This document shows positions 54,371 to 64,000 of a DNA stretch of 64,000 nucleotides, one piece after another. The stretch spans positions 1,736,001 through 1,800,000 of the forward strand of contig OZ218963.1 in the NCBI GenBank assembly GCA_965112735.1, in the 5' to 3' direction. Numbering within the stretch: position 1 is the stretch's first letter; every line of letters begins with the position of its first letter. The position numbers were made by a program, and so were the translations under genes. The notes below the pieces were generated by a model. That model was not told the origin of the DNA. It saw only the letters and a list, made by a program, of their open reading frames with translations, and searched no databases. This DNA comes from Phaeosaccion multiseriatum. Lineage: Eukaryota > Protista > Ochrophyta, other classes.

Positions 54371-54936
54371 GTCAACTGATGCACACACCTACCCTCCTCT
54401 ATTCATGGTGGAGGCATGCATGCAGCGGTGTCCCCAATCTGGTAATATATGAGTGGCTCGATATTCATACTTTTACTTGTGTGTCCCTCCGTTCCTCTTC
54501 TTTTCTTCTTTGAGAAGGACGAAGAAGGACAAAGAGTCTTCAGCTTCTTTCTCTTCTTTTATCTTTCTTCTTTCAGACATGCGTGCGTCTGCCTGTATTT
54601 ATAGAATTGGGGCGCACGTAGCGGGGCCGTGGCTTCAGGGCGCAACAGGGCGACGCATATGTGGTTGGGTAATGCACTTTCTCAGCCCTCACCTCCCCTC
54701 TCGTCTCCCTCTGAATTCAGAAGCTCCCGGCCTGCAAATAGTGGCTCTTTTTGTCCTCCCAGCTTGGGTCCTGCTGGTTGGCTCCTGTGGTGGCGCTCGT
54801 CTTGACGTCAACCTCTTTCTCTCTTTAACTGCGTGGAGAGTCTTCGGAGTAACCTTCGAGCGCCATGGATAGATAGCCCCATCCTTTTCCGTTCTTCTTC
54901 TCTTCCACCTGTCCTCCTCCACTCTCGCCCCCTTAG

Positions 54937-55230
54937 TTAGTCACTAGGGTTCTGTATCACAATGAGAATATAGTCCTTGTCTGGCGCCACCATAATCTCG
55001 TGCTTCTGGCTCCGTAGTCGTAAAAAGGTCAGGCCGTCGTTCTCGTCCAGGGTTCTTACCACTCCCTGCGCTTTGAAGGAGAGCTGGCTGATGAGAGCTG
55101 CGTATGTGTCTGTATCTTCCTGGCTCAAGTTGGATCGAATGGGGAGGCCCTCTGTATTCAATATCAGCACGCCCTTCACTCCCCTGTGGCTCTGGATGCG
55201 TTTCAGCGTCTCCTCTACCTCCGTCGACAT
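54937..55230 (-). CDS. DYNLRB: Dynein light chain roadblock-type (LC7), intronless
   Basis: [20 protein letters not shown]...[29 protein letters not shown] is the canonical roadblock sequence. Confidence 0.97.
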   Translation of the reverse strand: MSTEVEETLKRIQSHRGVKGVLILNTEGLPIRSNLSQEDTDTYAALISQLSFKAQGVVRTLDENDGLTFLRLRSQKHEIMVAPDKDYILIVIQNPSD

Positions 55231-55883
55231 CGCTCCAATTTTTCTCTCCCTTTCCCTTCCCCTTCCCCGTACCTCTCCTCTATTCTTGCCGAGGTGAAAT
55301 AAAACTGCTGCTGCGCCGCTGATCACCACTGCTGCTGCTGCTATTATGTCTTTTGCTGTGTATTGGGCTTGGCTTGATTTTTTTTAAGTTATTTGCTTCG
55401 TCCGTGCCGTTTAACCCCAACAAGCTGAAACTCGAACTTCTCCTGACCCCTCTTCGGCGATCATTAGACTGTGCACGCTCCCCCCCCTTGTTGAGAACAT
55501 ATCGCCTGCTAGAGGAGGAAGAGAAGAGAGAAACAGAGAGAAGAAAGAGTTAGAGACACACGGAGAGAGAGGGAGAGATACAGAGAGCGTTACAGATAGA
55601 GGCGAAAGGGGGATCGGGGGGGAAAGGGGACAACGAGAGAGAGACAGGGGAAGGAAAGAATTGAGGGAGGTAAGGAAGAGCGAGAGGGGTGGAGGGAGGG
55701 ACAAGCGGCAGAGAACAGAGAACAGTATACTCGGCTCGGAGGAGGACCCAGCTCCCACCACTGGAGCTCTCTCTCTCATCTCAGTCTCTTGAGCGCCCTT
55801 TTCTCTCCTTGAGGACACCTTGATGCGAGGAGCAGAGAGAAGGAAATCTGAGCCCGGAGGTGTGACGGCAAGGGAAGGTCAGC

Positions 55884-59059
<3,176 letters not shown>

Positions 59060-59779
59060 ACAGAGGCTAGCGGCACAGAGCATAGCACGAATGATAGCGA
59101 CCCTGGCATAGACAGATGAATTCGACGCTGGGACAGACAGGTGATAGCGAAGCAGATGGCAAGACATCGACACCAGGTTCTGCTGTCAAGAATAGCTCGA
59201 GTAACGAGAGAGCTCGGCAGAGAGTGGAAAAGGAGGGAGGGGAGGGGAGGGGTGGGAGGCACCAGCAAGCCCTCACTGCGATGCAAGAGGGGAGGGCTGG
59301 TCAAGTGGAGTCGGGGGGAGGGGGGGGGGGGCGCAAAGGCGTGTTTGGTTACGTCCCTTTTTAGCTACCGCGTCTAGCCGAGCCTGGAGAGTTTCGCTGA
59401 AGTGCGGAGGTCGAGGGGCTGCAGAGGAGCGGGAAGGGGAAGGGAGAGGGTGGAGGGAGGTTAGTGGAGGGAGGGGGGGGGGGGTAACGGCATCTCCCTG
59501 GGACAATCTCTCTAGCGGTTTACAGCAAATCGTGGCAGCACCGCAGCCGGAGCAACCATCAGCTGCCATGCGCCAGATTTATGTACTGTCGCTCCGGCAA
59601 TAGCCTTGACGAATCAACTATAGCCTTGGGGGGTGGGGAGGGGTGGAGTCCGCCGCAGTGTGATGAAAACAGAGAGAGAAAACGATAACTGAAACTCTCA
59701 TTCACCCCCCCCCTCCCTCCACTTGTCAAATTAGACATCTTTGCATCTTTGCCCCTTTTTTAGAAGAAGATAAAAGACC

Positions 59780-62345
59780 ATGACGCGGATAGTATCTCTA
59801 CTCTGTGTGCTGGGAGGCGTGGCGTCGGCTTTGGCCGCGGCGGTAAGCGAGGAGAGCCGCAAAGGGTAGATGAGCATGGTGTGCGGGCGGAGGAGGAGGA
59901 GCAGAGATATGAGGAGAGAAAGGGAGGAGAATGCGGAAGGGAGCTTAGATCTGTTCTGGCCTGCTCTAACCAGGAAAATGCTGTTGCGTCTCCTACTGTT
60001 TGCCAATCTCTCCCTCATTCCCAGCCTGGAGTGTCTGTGACAGTGACCCTGCGAGGCAAGAAGTACGAGGTCAGCGACGCCTCCTCGGTACGTGACTTGC
60101 ACTTGCCCTTCTACTTACTCGCTGATTCTTATCATCGGCACAAAGCTAGCACAGAGGCGGGGTTTCGCCTACACTTGGTACATCGAAATCCTAGTGCGGC
60201 TCCTACAAAGGATTAAGCCTGGGAAGTACTGCTGTCAAGTGTGCAGCCAGTTTCTCGGCCCTTGGGTTTCCAAAGACTTTATACGAAACTCCAGGGCGGA
60301 GTGTGGTAGGTAGGGGGGGGGGAGGTGGTGTGGGGGAGTAGGGTCGAATGCTGATTGTCCACGGGGTGCGGTGGGCAGGGGGGGGGAGGCGGAGATGGCG
60401 GAGATGTTGTGGGGGAGCCCGGTCGGACCCCGATTGTCCGGGTATCGTTGCGGAGTCACCTTGGGACACGAGCGTGCACCCTCCTGTCGAAGACATAGAG
60501 AATCTTAGCGGTTACTTAGCAAACACCCGCTACCCCATCTCCTGTCTGTGTCCGTGTGCGTGCTGCTGCAGGTGCTCGATGTACAGAGCTCGGTAGAGGA
60601 GCAGGCGGGGCTGGCTAAGGACCAGCAGAGCGTTCTATACAAGGTAAGGGGAGTCAGGCTGCCACTGCCCGCGCCCCGCGCTCCGGTTCGACTCGTCTCA
60701 TGGGCTCTCTCCGGAATGGACGTGGAGGGGATGGCGCTGTTGTTTTGATATTGTACAGTCTAAAGAGAAGGAGATCGCTTACCTGCTCTCTCCGTCGCTC
60801 AACAGGGCAAGCTTCTGTCCGCAGACGATGACCTTGGCGAGCTTGGAGTGAACGAGGGGGACACAATCAACATCGTCCCTAGCAAGAAGGTTGGCAGGGA
60901 GATGAGCCGAACGCGTGCCGAGGAGGGGGAATGAAAGGGAAGGGGAACACGGCCTTACCTTACCGGTGAATTATGTTACGCTTTGCTGCGGTGTCGTTGA
61001 ACGCCGCATCTCTACCCCCCCCTGGGGCATGTACTGAAGTAGTTGCCCTCCTTCCCTTCCCCTCCACCTTTCCCTGGTGTGGCCATAATGTCGTGTGCTC
61101 ACCCTTTCAGCCCAAGTCAGTGTCAGCAGCAGCAGCAGCAGCAGTCTCGGGAAGTGGAGATGTGGCAGCCTCTCCGGCGGCAGCGGATGGGGGTAGTAGT
61201 AGTAGCGGTAACCCCTTCGCTGGCCTCGGGGGAGGGGAGAATCCCTTCGCCGGTCTGGGAGGAGCAGGGGTGGGCATTCCGGGTATGCCTGAGGATATGG
61301 ACATGGCACAGTACCAGAACATGATGCAGGTGTGTTCTGTGGATGTTTCGTAGGGGGGAGGGCGGGGTGAAACAGGGCTGAATACCCTCATTCCCTCGAG
61401 TGGAAAATAGAGACAAGAGAATTGAAAAAGAGCAAGTGAGAACGAGAGAGAGAAAGAAATGAGAGACAGAGAGAGAATCGTGATTGATCCACAATGTGGT
61501 TCGCCTTTTCTCTTGCGTGACCCAACCTCCCTAACCTCCTCCCCTCGCGCACCTCCACCCCAACCCAAACACACACACTTCAGGACATGATGAACAGCCC
61601 AATGATGGACGAGTTCCTGGGCGACCCCACCAAGATCGAGGAGGCGCGCAAGGCCATCCTCGACAACCCCATGCTCAAGCAGGCCATGGCTCAGCTGCCG
61701 GGCTTCAACGAGATGGTGGAGGACCCGGAGAAGGTGAGGGAAGGACATATCACACACACACACACGCAAACGTGCGCGCGACACAGCGCACGCGTGTACG
61801 TATGACACCTACACTCCTTTCCTTTTTTCTCTGTATTTTTATGAGAGCCGTGCTCGAGGAGCAACCGTCACCCCTTTTGTTTGTTTAGAAGTGGCTGTCT
61901 GTGCACGTCGCCTTGTCATTCTCATTCGTATATATATATATATATATATAATATTCGGGGTGTGGAGAGGTACTGGAGGCAGGGTATCATGGTACATTTC
62001 AGAGGTACTGGAGGCAGGGTGTCAAGGTACACTTCGCCCATTCGGGGTAGGAAGGACCGATGACGAGGAGCCGCTTCTTGATTGGAACCTTCTCGCACTC
62101 TCCTTGGCCTCTAGCCCCCTTTTCTCTTGCCACTTTGCTTGCTTTGCGATGGATGTGCACGGCTTAAGCATCTTCCCCTCCCCCCTCCCCCCTTACACTG
62201 TTGCGGTTCCTCGCCTTGATAGTGGAGGGAAAGCATGGAGATGGCTCGCGAGATGTACGAGCAGCAAAAGGGACAGTTTGGAGGCGGAGGACCAGGAGCA
62301 GGCGGCAGCATCGGGGGCGACGTGGACGATCTGGACGACGAGTGA
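59780..62345 (+). CDS. Signal peptide + ubiquitin-like domain + STI1-like repeats, no UBA (ubiquilin/Dsk2-like), 7 exons
   Basis: Exons 59780-59842, 60025-60087, 60572-60643, 60806-60889, 61111-61329, 61584-61733, 62223-62345 (all phase 0). Translation: MTRIVSLLCVLGGVASALAAA-PGVSVTVTLRGKKYEV...VEEQAGLAKDQQSVLYKGKLLSADDDLGELGVNEGDTINIV (UBL) ... MMNSPMMDEFLGDP..ILDNPML..MVEDPEKW (STI1-like DP/NP-Met) ...DDLDDE*. Confidence 0.82.
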
Positions 62346-63408
62346 GTAGAAGTAGCTTATGTATGTCTGCTTGGGGCGGTCTGCCATTGGGTGTGAGGGT
62401 ACGATTTGGACGGCGAGTAGCTTATGTATCTGATTGGTTTGTCTATTTGCCCAAGCACAGTGGGAAAGGGAGAGTGTGAGGGTAAGAAGGCGTCAGTCGG
62501 TCCTGAGACCACACACAGGAGAACGATGGCATTGGAAGGCTCTGAACGAAGGGCCGTACACATCCACAGTAGAGAACACCCCTGCCAATATAATGATACC
62601 GTACAAGTCATTCACCCCCTCTTTGTCCTCATAGAATGATACAAACCATCCACCCATTCACCCTCTCTATGTGAAAAAACATATAAATAGGCGAGTGAAA
62701 AGCCAGAAGAGAAAAAAAGCCTCTGTTTGTACTCATAGAATGATACAAATGATACAAGCCATTCACCCTCTCTTTGTCCTGCAGGTAGCGCAGCGAGTAG
62801 CGTTACGCTCGCTGCCCACACTTCTTTCAAGGTGTTTTTGGCGTACAGCTCAGCACAGAGGCACGCAAGAGAGGGTGTGAGAGAATCCACCGTCCAGATA
62901 CAATATGCAAATGAACATAGGAATCAGTAACCCTTGAGTGTAAGGATGTGTGTCTATTGTTCTTTCACTCGCTCAGGCTCAAAGCGAACGCCCTACGCTG
63001 CAAAACGCTGCAAAACGTGATAACGTGTGGAAACACAAGCTCTGTTTTCTTCATAACGGCCCCCCCACCCTCCATTTCACTGCCCTCCAGCTTCTGCTGC
63101 TACTGCGCAGCCCCTGCCTCCACAGACTACAAAACGGTACCACAGCTCTCTGCCCGACTCCGAAAGGACTTGCCCCCCTTCCGCCTCGTTGTCATTCCTC
63201 GCCTCCTTCCTATTGTCTCTAAAACACCACTCCTCTCTCCTGCGCTCCTCACCTGCCGCTGTCCCACCGCCTCTCGAAACCATGGTCCACGCCATCGTCG
63301 TCACCACCTCCGCTCCTTCCCTTCCGCCCCAATACCAGCGGATGGGCTCATCTCTTCATCACTTGCGTCTACCTGTCGACCATTTCACGTGTCCTGCACC
63401 GATCCGGC

Positions 63409-63663
63409 CTAGTTCGCGATACCAACCTCCTGGTGTTGCTGCTGCTGCTCCTGGCTTGCCTCGTCCTCCTCCTCCTCGCCACTCGAACCACAGATGAAAA
63501 GTTTGGACAGGAACTCCACCTTCTCCTCCTCCGCTCTGTTCGAAGCCTCCTGTCGCACCACGGCCTTGCGGCTCATTGCCCTCGCAGCAGGCTGGTACTG
63601 ACGCATGTTGAGCCGATTCCTCTTCACCTTCTCCTTCTTGGCGTTGGCCCGGCACGCCATAAG

Positions 63664-63696
<33 letters not shown>

Positions 63697-63837
63697 CCTG
63701 CTGTTCACCGCGGTGGCACTGCTTCTACTTGCCACCATAGAGGAAGCAGGGGTAACTACCACAAAGGCCGAGGCGCAGGACGAGGCAAGCAGGACCAGGC
63801 ACATGCTCAAGGCAGCCGTCACCACAGACGCGCTCAT
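63409..63837 (-). CDS. Small plastid-targeted protein of unknown function, intronless
   Basis: Signal peptide ending CASA-F, Ser-rich transit peptide, then a basic core ACRANAKKEKVKRNRLNMRQY..SRK....EFLSKLF and an acidic tail. Confidence 0.75.
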
Positions 63838-64000
63838 ATTGCTAGGTCCTATCGGATTGTACAAGACCCCTCTTGTCCTAGGTTGGTAAGTAGGCGGGGC
63901 TGTGGTGCTGCCGTCGTTGGTAAAGACAAGTAAACACAGATCCTTGTGTACTTTACTTGACCTTGTGTTGTTGCCTGTTTCGCCCCACGACAAAATGTGT

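Overview
Eukaryotic, intron-rich, microsatellite-laden genomic DNA. It is most likely from a photosynthetic stramenopile (ochrophyte, eustigmatophyte-like); this is inferred from bipartite signal+ASAF-type plastid leaders and gene content. Almost all long ORFs in the supplied track are microsatellite artefacts. Hand-splicing at GT/GC-AG sites gives about 11 real genes: TCP11-family 3' part (+), tubulin-folding cofactor D (+), plastid-targeted RsmE (-), Pol I subunit A49/RPA49 (-), Mis18 (+), VPS8 (-), RPL27a/uL15 (+), dynein roadblock LC7 (-), PSTAIRE CDK (+), a signal-peptide UBL-STI1 ubiquilin-like protein without UBA (+), and a small basic plastid-targeted protein (-). Most notable observations: (1) a 1.88-kb non-coding composite element with 27-bp TIRs, a 6-bp TSD and two inner palindromic-ended units bracketing a 1.3-kb (GGGA)n array; (2) intronic tandem repeats polarised by transcript strand that look like amplified splice signals (donor-like at intron 5' ends, branch-point/pyrimidine-like at 3' ends), up to 4.2 kb; (3) the secretory-pathway ubiquilin-like protein; (4) frequent AAG acceptors and GC donors; (5) a structured, repeat-free RPL27a intron that may host snoRNAs. 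Exon boundaries were read by eye and have no RNA support.
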